From Amphiscolops sp. MND2022 (Eukaryota), in contig OZ076409.1 of NCBI GenBank assembly GCA_964187785.1, forward strand, positions 88,972,001 to 89,036,000: 64,000 nt of DNA, written 5' to 3'. Position numbers and translations under genes: made by a program. Positions within the stretch are counted from its first letter, which is position 1; every line of letters starts with the position of its first letter. This document shows positions 25,139 to 37,853 of this stretch, one piece after another. Below the pieces are notes generated by a model. It did no database searches. It was given only the letters and a program-made list of their open reading frames with translations, and was not told the origin of the DNA.

Positions 25139-27180
25139 CGGGTTACCTAGACTTTTGCGGAATTGAACCCCCTAAAAGAATTATTTTGCATACCTTCCTC
25201 GATACCATTGTATTCCAACTCTACACGAGATTTTTTTACGTTTTTGGATTTTGCTATTTGTCAGTGAGAACATTTCATTTTTGATTCCAAAAATCAGGCT
25301 TGAAAACAGCTGAGAAAAATTATATTTGAGAAAACAAAAAAGCTTACTACTTTTGTCCAACCTAAATTGAAACCAATAGGAAAGTCGAAACTGAGTGGAA
25401 GTTTCATGTCGGTGCTCCATTCGAAGCTCGAAAAAGAATGTTTTCTATATGATCACGTTGTTTCTGAGAACAATTTATAAAGACCTCAGAACAAAGATTA
25501 CTCAAAAGCTGACAATATGGACTTGAGCCGGCTTTCCGCAACGTGAATTCACGAAAGAAACTCAAAAAGCGTCCGTTTTTCGATACAAAAAGTTCCCAAA
25601 ATATTGCACAGTGTCTATCAATACCCAAAAAGATATCGCTTGGCCCCACGTAGTTTTTTTCGATTCGCGTAAGCTTTGATTTCCTGGAAAACTTTTCAGC
25701 TTCCAGAAGTTGGTAAGTGGTTAACAATTTCGAGTACGAATTGCCCTTTGAAAGCGAACAAGACGCGAAAGTCTTAAATTGACACCCCGCTCAATGTTCA
25801 AAAAGCGTTAAGTGTCAAACTTATGCTCGAATAGTTTTTTTAACCTATCGTAAAGTGTAAGGCCATAACATTCCAGAGTTGCCTCGAAAACGTTTTTCTC
25901 TAACTGAAACCATTCAAAGACCCAAATCCGAACAAGTATGTTGAGGCATAAGTCATCAACGTTCTCTCGAAACGAGGCAGCTTGGAAATTATTTACGGAG
26001 ACTACTACAAACCAATCACAAAGATTACCGGTAAACGTTGATTCACAACTTCTTGAAAAACCACGCTTAAACGAATAAATGAACTAAAACAAACTAGTCT
26101 AGAAGCCAATTAGCCACATTTCGAACCTGCCGAAAACTATTCTGAATCTCCAAAAACTTGTTTCCAAGAAACGAATAATCGTGATCACTTTCACTGGGAA
26201 GCAACTACCCAGTTCATGGAAATCATACAGTGAAGAACACGGTTTTATTAGTGAAGAAGAGAGGGAAAAATGGGAACTTACCATCAGACCATCCAAAGAA
26301 CAAATTGGTACCCATGCAGGCCAAACATAAAAAATCGGAAAAATCTGGAAAAAAGAGAAACGTGGATTTATACATAGCGCAAACACGCTCAGGAGGCAAC
26401 AACCAGTAGCAAACACCGACGATGAGAGACAACGAACGGCACAGATTGAGATGACCGAAGATGTTCAATAAGATGATCCCGAGAGTGAAAGTGAAAGCCA
26501 AGTTATTGGGGACTGGATGTCCCGGTTGTCGAACTGAAAAATTACAACACAGAAGGCCAAAAAGCACATTACGAGCAAATCAACCAAGCAATCGAAAAAA
26601 ATTAAAGCAATCAGGCAATCTTAGAAAGCAATCAGGCAATCTCAAGAAAGGAAGCCGAGTTCGATTTCATACTCGACGGAGAAGCATGGATGGTCAAGTC
26701 AGAATGTGGAGCAAAGTTGAAGAGAGTCACAAATTCGATGAGAACAGTCGACAGAGCACCTGCCATGAAAAATACAAGACAATATCTGGAAAGTTATCAA
26801 CAAAATGGAGGCTGATGTTCAAGGATGATACAACCGTTCTCTCCACCAAACTGAAAAAGACGTTAAGCAAAACCTTTAGCGTCTTGTAAAAACTAATCAA
26901 TCAGTTTGCCAACCTAAAAACAGGAAATTGAAAACAAAATCCGAGCCAGGACAAGAAATTAACATTAATTTTTTTAACGAAACTTGCACAATACGAAATG
27001 GAACGGCAGAAAGCCAACGAATATTAGTAATAGATAACTGTAGTAAATGGCCGAACGTGAAATTTTGTGAAAACTCGGGAACAAAATAAATTGCCATGTT
27101 CTTTTCATAAACATACATGGAACACCGGAGAAACCAAAAACAGATGACGGAGGTGTAATGTTATCTGAATGCTACTCAGT

Positions 27181-27674
27181 AACAAGACGAGAACGTCTAA
27201 AGTCGGCGCCATATCTAAGGCTCAAAAAGCGTAAAACACTTTTTTTGGAAAAAAATTGAAATTTTCGAAAAAAATTTTTCTTTCAAAAGAAGTCGCATAG
27301 TGCCGAAAAATGTAAAAAAAGGGACCCTTCTGGATTTATTAACAAACATTCCGTTGCACAATATCAAAAAACTCAAAGGGGGGACCCTTTGGGGACATTA
27401 AAAAATTTTCGAAAAAAAGTCGCACAGTGCCGAAAAAAAATCCAAAGGGGGGACCCTTTGGGCACGTCCGGTTTTGTATGTTTCCTTGAAAAAGTAAAAA
27501 ATGAAAGGGGGGACCCTTTGGAGTAAAGTTTGCCTTGGGCAGACTTGGCCTCAGGTGCTCTCCTTAGGATTGTAAAAAGTGGACCGATCAGTGTGAGGAT
27601 TGTAGTCTGAAGAAAAAAAAGGTCACTGCTATAGTCAGGAATTTTTCCTTTAATGGAAAAGCGCCGACTAAAAA
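27181..27674 (-). mobile_element. HINE-type element inserted in the 3' LTR
   Basis: Absent from the sister LTR (CAGTAAAAACGAG at ~33184-33196); hairpin AGACG-AGAA-CGTCT plus subTIRs. Confidence 0.9.
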
Positions 27675-28308
27675 CGAGTTGGTTTGTAAGATGTATCTTT
27701 ACGGTTAACTATGAAAGTTGTTTACGACTTTTCTATCTCTATTCTAGCCAACAATAGTATCCAACGATATCAAGAATTTGTACGAACAAAAAGGGGTTGT
27801 TTACAAATACAACAGAACATAAAAAACCATTTGATAATTGCCTGTCTAAAGGCGTCGCTGTTTTTGAATGACACTTCTTCCGAAAAATTCGGTTCGGTGT
27901 TTTACGCCGTATAACATCTCCACCTCCTGGACTTTGTTCCGTCAACATTCTGGAGCTTCCCGGCATAGGTGTTTTCTCCCGAGTGAAATCCGTTGTCTTC
28001 TGCAGTGGCATCGGTGTGCCTTTCCTGTTGTTCCACTTGTGTTCTGTAACATTTACAACTATTATTTCTTATCCACATATGGCGTGTTTACGTTACCCGT
28101 ATCTATTCGGTTGTTTACCTTCCCGGTTTGACCGTCTAGTTTTTTAGTTTTCGGTTGTTATAATATTTTCTTTAGTCTTACCGGATATCAGTTCCCCATC
28201 CGTGTGGAGATTTAGTTCGTCTTCCGGTGACGTTGTGACTGGCCGGTATCCGTCTCTTTCGGAAATTTTGTGGTTTCCGAAGTCGCTCTCTTCGTCTTGT
28301 GTTCCTCA

Positions 28309-31300
28309 TTAATCTCTCTCAGTGTCCGTTTCGGCCTCGTTACTTTGCAATATTTTGAGCTTTCCGTTTACATCCCTCAGGACCTCATTCCATTGGATGT
28401 ATTGGCCGTCGACTCCTCTCAGACAGTGTCTGTTTTTCGGAGTTATAGTATCTCCGATCTTCGGTGCACGCTCTGTTTTTCTTTCTTTATGAAATATAAA
28501 TGGGTCCGAACTAAATTTTCGGTGAATTGTTTGCCCAGTTACAGTATGTTCGGTTGCGCTTACTGCGGTGGGTAGTTTTCTTTGGAATCTGCCTTCTAGT
28601 GATTTTTTGTTATGATTCTTTTCGAAGAATTTGAAAGGATTTTTACTAACCGAACGTTTTGTCTTTGGTGATTTTTCCATCATTGCCTTCTCCTCCGCTT
28701 TTGTCCGGGCCATGACGGTTAGATATAATCTCCATCACTGTTTCGTGACACATATATTGGTATCTTCGATTTACTTTCAACTGAAACAGATAATTTTGAC
28801 CATTCAGACAGGAATGATTCACCGTCTTCTATTACATTTTTAAGTTCGGTTCTCTGTTTTCGACCGTGATGTAATTCGAAGTGCTTTTTTTCAATCCCGT
28901 GTGCATTTTGAATCGCAGCATGGTTAATGCTCTGTTTTCGCATTCAGTGAGACACAAATTGTCTTCCAGATTTGCCATTAGTAAATTTCTTATCGTTTGT
29001 AAAACGCGTTCTACCGCTCCGGTGCCGGTATGTAGTCTCGATGTGCTATATTCGAATTCAATGTTTCGGGATTTGCAAACCTCTGTATATTCTTTCCATT
29101 TAAATGCGCCGCCTTAGTTTGTTTTTGTTTTTTATCCCGGGAAAACCGTATAAATTAAAGTTTTGGTTTAGAAAAATCAATACTTCTTTTGTTTCTGACG
29201 TTTTGCAGATTTTTATGGTTGGCCAAAGTTTATGGTTTATTTGCTGAATCTATCTACCGCTATTAGTAGTTGGTATTCACAGTTTGATTTTTTGTTCAAT
29301 TTCCCGGAGAAATCGATTTGAATTTCTTGTCCCGGTTCGGCTAACGTTTTAGATTTACTGATTCATTTTTCGGTATTTGGTAGTTTAGATTCTTCCCCGA
29401 TGCCATGCAAGCTACACAGCTTTTTGTTCGGTCTTCGATTTCTTCCACCAGAATATCCGAGCTTCGGCTAGCATTTTAGTTGTTCAGGCGTGGTCGAAGT
29501 GCAGCGTTTTCATTAGCTTCGTTCTCAGTTCTACTGGGACAATAATTTTCTCATCGTTGAATATTAGGCCCCACTTGTTAGAAAGTATCTCGAAAATCGC
29601 TCAGTATAGCTCTGGTGTCGTGTCCTTCTCTCCTCTTCTCATGGCACCTCTGACCCGATTAAGCTCTGGATCGGTGGGGGATTTTGCAATAAGTGTGTTT
29701 AGGTCTAGCATGAATTTAAATTCTGCTCTCTTTATTATTTCTGAGGTGGCTTTTTGTCTCCGGTCATCTTGTCGTTGATTTGATTTATTTGGATAAATTG
29801 CCCTTTCTTTCCATCTGTCTTGTAGACCTTCAGGTCTACAATCGGGAAGTTGTCTCCTCTGATCATTTGGCTTTCTGTTCATTTTCTCTGATCTCTTCTT
29901 GTGGCTGGTTTTCGTCTACTCTTTCTTCTAGCTGTTGATATCATCCGCCGAATCTATTTGCCCGGTTTTGCAATACCCCGTTTTATTCCTCTATCTCATC
30001 GCGGCTCCTTTTGTTGGGTCTTGTGAGAACCCAAGTTTGGCGTTGGGCATTTAGGTCGAACTTTCTTCTCGTCGTTCCGGAGCCTGATATCGTTCCTCTA
30101 GTTTCAGAGACTCCGGGCTTTTTCTTCTTCGTCTGATTATCTGCATAATCTCTGCAGTAGCTCCCCAGTGAAAGTAATTAAGGTCCACGTTTTTCTAAAA
30201 GGAAATAAATTCAATGAAAGTTGTTTCGAATTTTTGTTGATTGAGTTATTCGTTTCAGAAATTTCTCGTTAAATGTTCGATGTAAATTTCGCAAGTAAGT
30301 GCTTTTTGTTCAGGTCTCGGTTTTTCTCCGATGTTTTATTGCGTTTTCATTGATTGTGAGATTAAGTTTCTGTCGTTTCGTATATTTCGGTAGCGTTTTG
30401 TCATTGGTTAGCGAAAAGTGAGCCGTATTTGATGTTTAATCTGGCCTGTTCGGAAAGGACGTTAATAACGTATTGCTCATCGTACGCGTCTTCGGTCGTT
30501 GCTTCTTCTCCCGCATTTCTACTTAGAGGGTTGATAAACTCTAAAATACTTCCTGCGATGTGTTGAAAGGCAATATCACAGTGAGCAAGACGATCTAGCC
30601 ATCTTGTCAGCCTTGCGCTGTTTTGTCTATTGCACCGGTTTCTTTTAATCAACGGTTCAAGTGCTTGGTGGTCTGTATAAAGAAAGACTTTCGTCCCTTA
30701 AAAGTAAAATCGGACTTCTTCCCCCATACTACGGCTAAAAGTTCCGTCTCTGTGATTGAGTAGTTTTTCTCGCTTACATTCAAATATCTGCTACCGAATG
30801 CTATTGGTTTAAATCCTCCGTCCAATTGTTTTTGCCATAATGTTGTTGCAAGACCAATTTTACTTGTGTCGGTTGTCACGATGTTTTCCCGGTTTTTCGC
30901 ATAACGAGGATGGTTTTTCGGTTAATAGTTTTTTTGTGCTATTGAAATTGTCTTCTTGTTTTTCCCCAGTTCCATGTGGATTTTTTTAAAATACTTTTCG
31001 CAGTAGTCTCGGTTCTTTCCGACAATCTCGGTGAAAATTTTTCAAGGTATTGGATTGCTCCGAGAGTGATTTTAAGTGTTTTGATTTTCCGAGTGTTTCG
31101 AATCAATGATTGCTTTAAGTTTTTCTTCATTCGCCCCAATACCGTTTTCATCGATATCGTGTCCCAGCCTGTATGTTTTGTTTAGGATAAACTCGTTTTT
31201 TTTCGCTGCCCGGTATCTTGCATCTTCTAGTTTCTTCAAAGCATCGAATAGTTTCTTTTCTTGATCTTTTCGGCTTCCTCGGGTTACGACGATTATGTCG

Positions 31301-32936
31301 TCTAACAAAGCCAGTGTCGAATATTGCAATGTTCGGTCAGGTTTTTCTTGGAAGGTATTCGGTATGTCGGCCAATCCATAACAGCGTTTCTTGAATCTAT
31401 AATATCCCATGAATTTTCCCCTGAACATAGCGAATACGCATTGTCGGCCTGTTTCCCTTGACAATGTCATTTGTCCATATGCGTAGTCTAAATCTTTTTT
31501 CGAAATCATTAGTTTCTTTGTTCGATCTCTTGTGATTCTTGGTTCAATAGTTCCTCCGTGTTCGGCATGTGTGGTTTGATTTTTATGCAGCAGTCATTTA
31601 CGTTGCTCGAATCTAATGCAATCTTTTTTGACTTGTCGTTTTTAGCCGTGATTACCACAGCGCATTTGAAACAATCTTCGCGTACGTGTTTTACTTTCTC
31701 CAAGTGTCCCGTTTTTGTTTTTATTTTCCAAATCTTTACCCGCTTCCTCTTTGAATTGTAGTGGTATTGGTCTCCCTTTTTGTTTTACCGGATAATGTCC
31801 CGGTTTGAGTTGAATGTTTATTTCGGTATCTTTTTTTGTAGTATTACTCTTGAATAGGTCCGGAAACTGTTCGATCACAGTTTCTTTTCTGATTGGTTAT
31901 TTTCGGCCAATTGTCTGAGTTAATTTCTTCAACCAGTTCATTCCGAGGACAGATGTTATGTCATTTCTTTCGGTAATCAATATTTGCATCTTATGTTTGT
32001 TGTTCTCATTTTCAGTATCTACCGGTATTTGTTTGCAAAATTTTACTTCAATTTTGTTTACGTCTTGATATCGTCGATATTTCTTTTTTGAAATTCGGTT
32101 TTTTTTCAGGATGTTTTCATCTGCCGGCATTATCAAATTGGGGATCCGGTATCAATTATGACTTCTTTTTCGGTTTTTGTACTTTTCACTGATGTCGTCA
32201 AGTATTTGTTTTTGTCGGTAGTTGTATTTATAACCTCAATCCGGTATTTCCTTAATCCTGATTGGTCGGATTCATTTCCAATCATTGTTGCTTCTTTTTC
32301 GGTTACATTGCGTACTCTCAGTTTGTTATTCTCTTTTTGTCTGCATGCTCGTGCAAATTGTCCCTTTTTTCAAGACTTGTTGCATAATTTATCTAATGCC
32401 GGACATTTGCGTGAAAGGTTCCACCTTGGTGAGTTCAGAATTTACACGGTTTTTCATTTGCTGTTCTATTTCTCGGTCTCGTACCAAACCTTTTCATCTT
32501 TTTGTATTGGTTCTTTCATTTCGTTTTCTCGGTTTGTGATAGGAGGTTCCGGTATAGTGTTTTTCCGGTTTTTTCTTTGATTAGTGTTTTGTTTGATCAT
32601 TTCAATTGTTTTCTTCAGTTTCAGTTTATTTTCTTTCATTAATTTGTCTCGGAGTTTCATGTCTGTGATTGCGGTCATGAAATTTGAGATGAGATCTTCG
32701 GCTGTTATTCCTTCGAACGCGCATTTTGGTTCGATTTCTATCAAACTCCGCTAAAAATCTTCCGGTGTCTCGGCTTCTGACTGTCTGGTCCTGAAAAATT
32801 CTCCGCGGTTGTGACAGGTGTTTCTTTTTGGTGAGAAATATTCGTCGAATAATCTGATCAAATCTTCGATCTTTATTTTGTTTAGTTCTATTTTGTACTC
32901 TGCCCGTGTCATTTGATGTAGGACTTCGGGTCCCAT
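28309..32936 (-). pseudogene. gag-pol: Fragmented gag-pol (gag, PR IIDTGSP, RT LLDDIIVV, RH TDTSKIGL, integrase, C-terminal tail)
   Basis: ORF fragments 32466-32936, 31897-32160, 31072-31878, 30401-30879, 28309-29882. Confidence 0.92.
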
Positions 32937-35396
32937 ACCCTATATGAAATCTTCTTGTCAGCTCTCCGTATTAATTCGGCAATGGCTATCTTGTATTTGT
33001 CTTTGTATGTTGTCTGAATCTCTCGAGCCAATGTTTAGGTGTGAATATTCTTTTACCGTCTGTTGTGGCCTCGAAGTTCGGTACATCGATTTGGCTTGTT
33101 TCTTGGGTCATCTTCTTTGTTTCGGTAAAATATATGTTTGTTAAGAATGTTGACTGCGCCATGTAATATTTCTGAATGCTACTCAGTAAAAACGAGTTGG
33201 TTTGTAAGAGGTATCTTTACGGTTAACTATGGAAGTTGTTTACGACTTTTCTATCTCTATACTAGAAACAATAGTATCAAATGATATTAAGAACTAGTAT
33301 GAACAAAAAGGGGTTGTTTGCAAATACAACAAAACATAAAGAGCCATTTGATAATTGCTAGTCTAAAGTCGTCGCTGTTTTTGATTGACTCTTCTTCCGA
33401 ATAATTCGGTTCGTTATTTTACATCATATAACAGGAGGCAGAGGACAACGAGGGGAAATATTGTTTTATATGGAAATTGTCTGAGCAAAATTTGAAGAAA
33501 ACGCGCCAACGGTCGAAGAAGAAAATTCTAATAGTGAGTATCCCTTCATGTTCGTGAAAAAACGAACATTTTTCAAGGGAGATTTCAACAAAATTTTCTA
33601 GTCGCAATAGGCGGAACGGAGCATCCTGTATTCACTAAAAAGGTAAACAATTTCGTGATAAATTACATTTTTGAACAAAAAAAGCTAAAACCGTCACAAA
33701 GGGAAGATACAATCACTGCGAAAGAAAAGATTCTGCGAGGTGTCGATGTAAAGTATATCCAATGGAATGAGTTGCCACAATGTATGCTGTACGGAAAGCC
33801 GAAGTAGTCGAAACTCGAGAGTCCGAATCGACGAGAAGTTTATAGACGAAAGGAAGCACCGAAATAACTACCAAAGCTTGTTGACTTCGAGCGGGGCCAT
33901 CAAGGATTAGGAGAAGTTCCCAGTAAGGTGGAATGTTTTACGGTGTTATACTGTAACAGAATCATTCGAAAAAAACTGTCCATCCAAACTATACCAGCTA
34001 ATCTAATCTTAGATGTCTCGTGTTAGAATACGTTAGTATAGTATCATTCGATGAACCAAATTTATGTAGAACAGCTGATGAACAGATAAATTTTTGGAGA
34101 CACCATCTTTTCACTACGAAGTCAGAATTGAACACAATTTAGTTTTCTATGTCGTTAAAATCATTTATCGTAGTTTCCAAAGACATTATAACCAAATTGG
34201 GGTATACAAATATCAAAGTTACCATATATCCGAACTTCAAACGTTCCATCCACTTGAAATTGGCCAAACTTTGCTGATGAATTGTTGCTAAATTGTTCAT
34301 AAAACTTTCAGAAAAAGTTTCCTGAGAAAACGAAGCAGTTGTTTCACTTTGTTTTGCTCCAACTACGGCGCTCAGTAAAAGTAATTTTGATACTGTAAGA
34401 ATTGATTCTGCTTGCTGAGATTACTTACTATCGGTAGCCGGAAATAAAAATTTAATAGGTCAGGACTCTTTTCTACATTCAAAACCCTGGTTCGAGTCTT
34501 AGTGATTTACATTTTTAAGACATATTTTCGCTTTTTGAAAAGCCATTTTCAATCCATCGAAACTGAAATCTAAATGTAACGTAACAGCCATTCAGTCAAT
34601 TCCTTGCATGCATGCATTTACGTGAGCTTGGACGTAAATTTAGCTCAACTTAATACAGTCATGATATCCTGTTTGTTTCTGAAAATACGATAATCTAAAT
34701 TCGTGAATATAGTCCTTGTGAAACTGTTTGCTCAATGAATTTCAAAAATTGTATACTTCAGAAGCATTTCTTTTGCAACTGAACCACGGTTCTTTAGAGG
34801 CATATAATCTGTTGCGATAAAGCTTTTTGATTTCAGCATTTACGCTGTTGAAAATCGGTTACTTTGTAGTCAACCCTTCTGACCCGTTCAAATTTCAAAC
34901 ACCTCTTATGTTGATGTGCTTTTGTTTCGTGAATGACAGTTGAAAGATGTAGGGCGAACCAACCTAATACCCAAACACCTTGTTTAAAGCACTTTTGACA
35001 GCTAAGACAAGTTGCCCATTCAAAAAAGCACATTGGCAAAGGGATACTCATCTGTCTTCTCCATATCTCAACTAAGCTTCCTTTTTCACTGATGCATTAA
35101 AAATAGACACTTTTTCCTTTTTGAGGATGTTATATTGATATGAACAGGAATTCAGATTCCTATAAACATTCTTTTAAAATTGGAAAAACACCTATCTGTA
35201 ACTAGTTAGGAAACTGCAGAAAACAATGGTGATCTAAGCTGTCTTTTTCTTTCAGAAACAGTTGTATCTCTATTGTATTTTTACAAGAAGCAAATACTGT
35301 ATTTTTACACTCACAAGTAGCATTAAACTCACTCACCGTAGTCTCTTCAACGTTTAGGGATACTTGAAAATATTTGACCTAATGAAAAACTTCTGA

Positions 35397-35442
35397 CAGA
35401 GACAGAGAGAAAGAGAGAGAGAGAGAGAGAAAGAAAGAAAGA
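35397..35442 (+). repeat. (GA)n/(GAAA)n microsatellite
   Basis: Direct reading. Confidence 0.9.
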
Positions 35443-36006
35443 TGCGTCGTTTTCTTGCATTTTTTCTCCCATTTTACTTTTTTCAAGTTTTTCATTCTCT
35501 CACATATTTTTATTCGGGTGAATTTTATCATTTAGCCATAGCGTTTTCAACCACGTAGATTCAAAATATCCGTTTTCCGAGACATTACTGGTAATTTGCA
35601 CTAAAATGTTCCTGTTAGCCCATGCTTTTAATCACGCGCAGTATGCGGCAGTGCAACAAGCCACTACACAAACAGTTTTGAATACAAACTACACTGAACG
35701 TTCCAAACATTTGAAGTTCAACCCAAATATCTTTGAATGATCATATCATTTTCTCACAAGTATTTTGGAAGGTTTAGGTTTAGTGATTGATTAGACAACG
35801 CTTATTTCGTATGATGTTCTGATGAAACTTCTTCGCTACTTCGTTGCCCTAACTACTTCCCAATCGTTGCCCTACAAGTGTGTGACTGTTGTTCCCCTTA
35901 ATGTGTCCGCATTCCGAGATTTTATTTCCGAGATGTTAATTCCGCGATTATTTCTGAGATATCTGGATTTTTTGGAGAGACTTCGAAAGTGTCCGAAAGA
36001 AATAGG

Positions 36007-37600
36007 AACAAGACGCCCGCTGTGCAGCGAGATATTTTCCGCACCAAAATACTCTAACAACAAAATACTTTTAAAGCTCGCGCGTTGCCAATAACTTACG
36101 GAATGTCAAGAAAAAATTTTAAAAATGAAAACTTTGGCAAATTTCTGTTCGCCTTCACGTATATGTGTAACGTCCACCTAGTAGAGTACATCATAGAAGT
36201 GGGATAATGCCTAGGGTGCTTAAACAGGAGACCGTTGTCTTACTACAGCCCTAGACATCAGTTCTTAATCCCAAAATGGTCTCCTAAAAGGGACTTTTTC
36301 AAACGTCAAAGGAGGCTCCTCAGTTAGAGCTCCGTGGCGACGTGCCGGCGCACTCAATGTCCGGACACGCCCCACAAGCCTGTAAAAACCTATTCTAAGG
36401 TTCCCAACGTTGCTGTGACTTTCTACATACTCCCGAGGTCTAAAAACAGGGTTTAACCAAAGTGCAATTTATTCACGAAATAAGGTCTAAACAAAGACCT
36501 AATAGATCAAACATTATCAAATACCTGTGAAACTACATTGATATTAACAGAATTAATCAACTGAGGTTTTTCTGGGTCTTTCATGAGGGTCTCGGAGTTC
36601 TCGATAAAGTCGATTGATGGGTTTTACGTCTTTTTCGGGTCTTCCCAGGCATTTTTAGGGTTGAGATGGCACTTTCTCCTTCTTCTGGGGCTCTTTTCTG
36701 CTTGTCGTTTGCACATCGGGGTGGGGTGGGGGTGTTCTTTGTGCGTTTTTTCGCTTCTTCTATGGTTTCCGTACCTGCCGGCTCAGCCATCTTGAATGTG
36801 CTTATTTGATACCGCACATTTCGAATTTTTTATCGAAATTTTGTAACATCGACTGCCTGACGTTACAATGAAATCAGTAACATTCCGTTTTTCTCAGAAC
36901 AAGAAAATGCAGAGTAGCTAATAATTTTGTTGCTGAACTCTAAATTCTGATACCCACTCAAACAAACAAAAATTGCAAACCGCTTGCAAAAAGCATTCGC
37001 ATGAAAATAAAAAACAAGTTCAACTCCGACGGGGTCATGAAGTCCCGATTTTTGATTTTCGAAGTAGGCACCCTTCCCCATACCATCTACCTCTAGCAAA
37101 CTATAGTACCATAATTGCAGCCACGTAGTCAACTGATGGTCGGCATGATCTGTAAGTCTCAGCGCCCTGCTTTAGAGAACAAAAGCCTGACTGCTGGCCG
37201 TTGCTACTTTTTTCTAATGAATTACATTGCTTTTTTGATGAAGAAAACAGGAACTTTTGCCTCATTTCCAACAATTTTTTGCAGCATTTTTTTTCAAAGA
37301 ACAAAAATATGCCAAGTAGCTCAAATCTTTGCTTTTTTATCTGCTGAAACAACCCGGTGTTGAACAAAAACTCGAATATAAAACGTTTTCAAATGAATTT
37401 TATCGCGTTTTGCCGAGCGAAAACTTTCTTCCAAAAAGTTTCAAAGGTCATATCTTTAGTTTTATCGCACTTTGTGCTTTTAAGCATTTGAGAATCAAAA
37501 AAACAACCGCATTTTTTGGAAATGCTAGTGAGATTTTGATTTCATCTTTCGTCTTTGGTCTTTCAATTATATTCCGCCCACATAAATGGTGGAGGAAAAT
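36007..37600 (-). mobile_element. Second HINE-like family (3' end ...CGCTG-CA-CAGCGGGCGTCTTGTT); hosts the 36166-36867 insertion
   Basis: The same terminus occurs at 51719 and 44824-44847. Right boundary is a guess. Confidence 0.45.
36166..36867 (-). mobile_element. Solo-LTR-like unit with 3-bp TSD (Troyka-like)
   Basis: atg|TGTAACGTC...GACGTTACA|atg; 9-bp terminal IR. Confidence 0.72.
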
Positions 37601-37659
37601 TATGATCTATGTTGCGTTTTTTTTCCAAATTCTGCCAAATCTCCCCTCCGTTTTACCTC

Positions 37660-37853
37660 ACTTAGTTACTTGACTACTTTAGTTACTTGACTATTCTAGT
37701 TACTTAGTAAAATCATGACACCATGGTGACTTAGTCACTTCTAGTTACTTAGTCACCATGGCACAGTTGGTAGTGCGTCTGCCTGGCAAACACGAAGTCG
37801 TGGGTTTGAACCCGGGCTGATGCGTTACATTTTAAGCGGAACGTGTCCCGGTG
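37660..37853 (+). repeat. Short TAGTTACTT(G/A) tandem array followed by a tRNA-derived (A-box/B-box) segment; its 3' end resumes at 44829-44847
   Basis: TGGCACAGTTGG (A box, ~37759) and GGTTTGAACCC (B box, ~37803); D-arm GCAC/GTGC pairs but there is no acceptor stem. Confidence 0.65.

Larger units (their letters stand above)
27154..33433 (-). mobile_element. Full-length, decayed Gypsy LTR retrotransposon with TSD GGAGG
   Basis: LTRs 27154-27916 (interrupted by a HINE) and 33162-33433, TG...CA ends; PBS TGGCGCAGTCA (33151-33161); PPT AGGAGGTGGAGA (27917-27928); TSD 27149-27153 / 33434-33438. Confidence 0.96.
25900..33930 (+). mobile_element. Older decayed Gypsy (RH/integrase/C-terminal tail) split by the 27154-33433 insertion
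   Basis: Integrase EPGQEINI...HGTPEKPKTDDGG ends at the TSD. 33540-33780 resembles the ORF 28309-28713 tail (GDTIT...LRGVD..YIQWNE). Confidence 0.7.

Noticed and set aside
24616..25166. ORFs of 100-150 aa inside HINE copies (also 48132-48455, 53171-53467)
   Set aside because: K/F-rich translations of A/T runs in non-coding repeats.
34700..35100. Host exon or transposase (ORF 34833-35051)
   Set aside because: No recognisable domain, stops in alternative frames, no convincing splice context.
37752..37825. Functional tRNA gene
   Set aside because: A/B boxes and D arm are present, but the acceptor and anticodon stems do not pair; treated as a tRNA-derived repeat.
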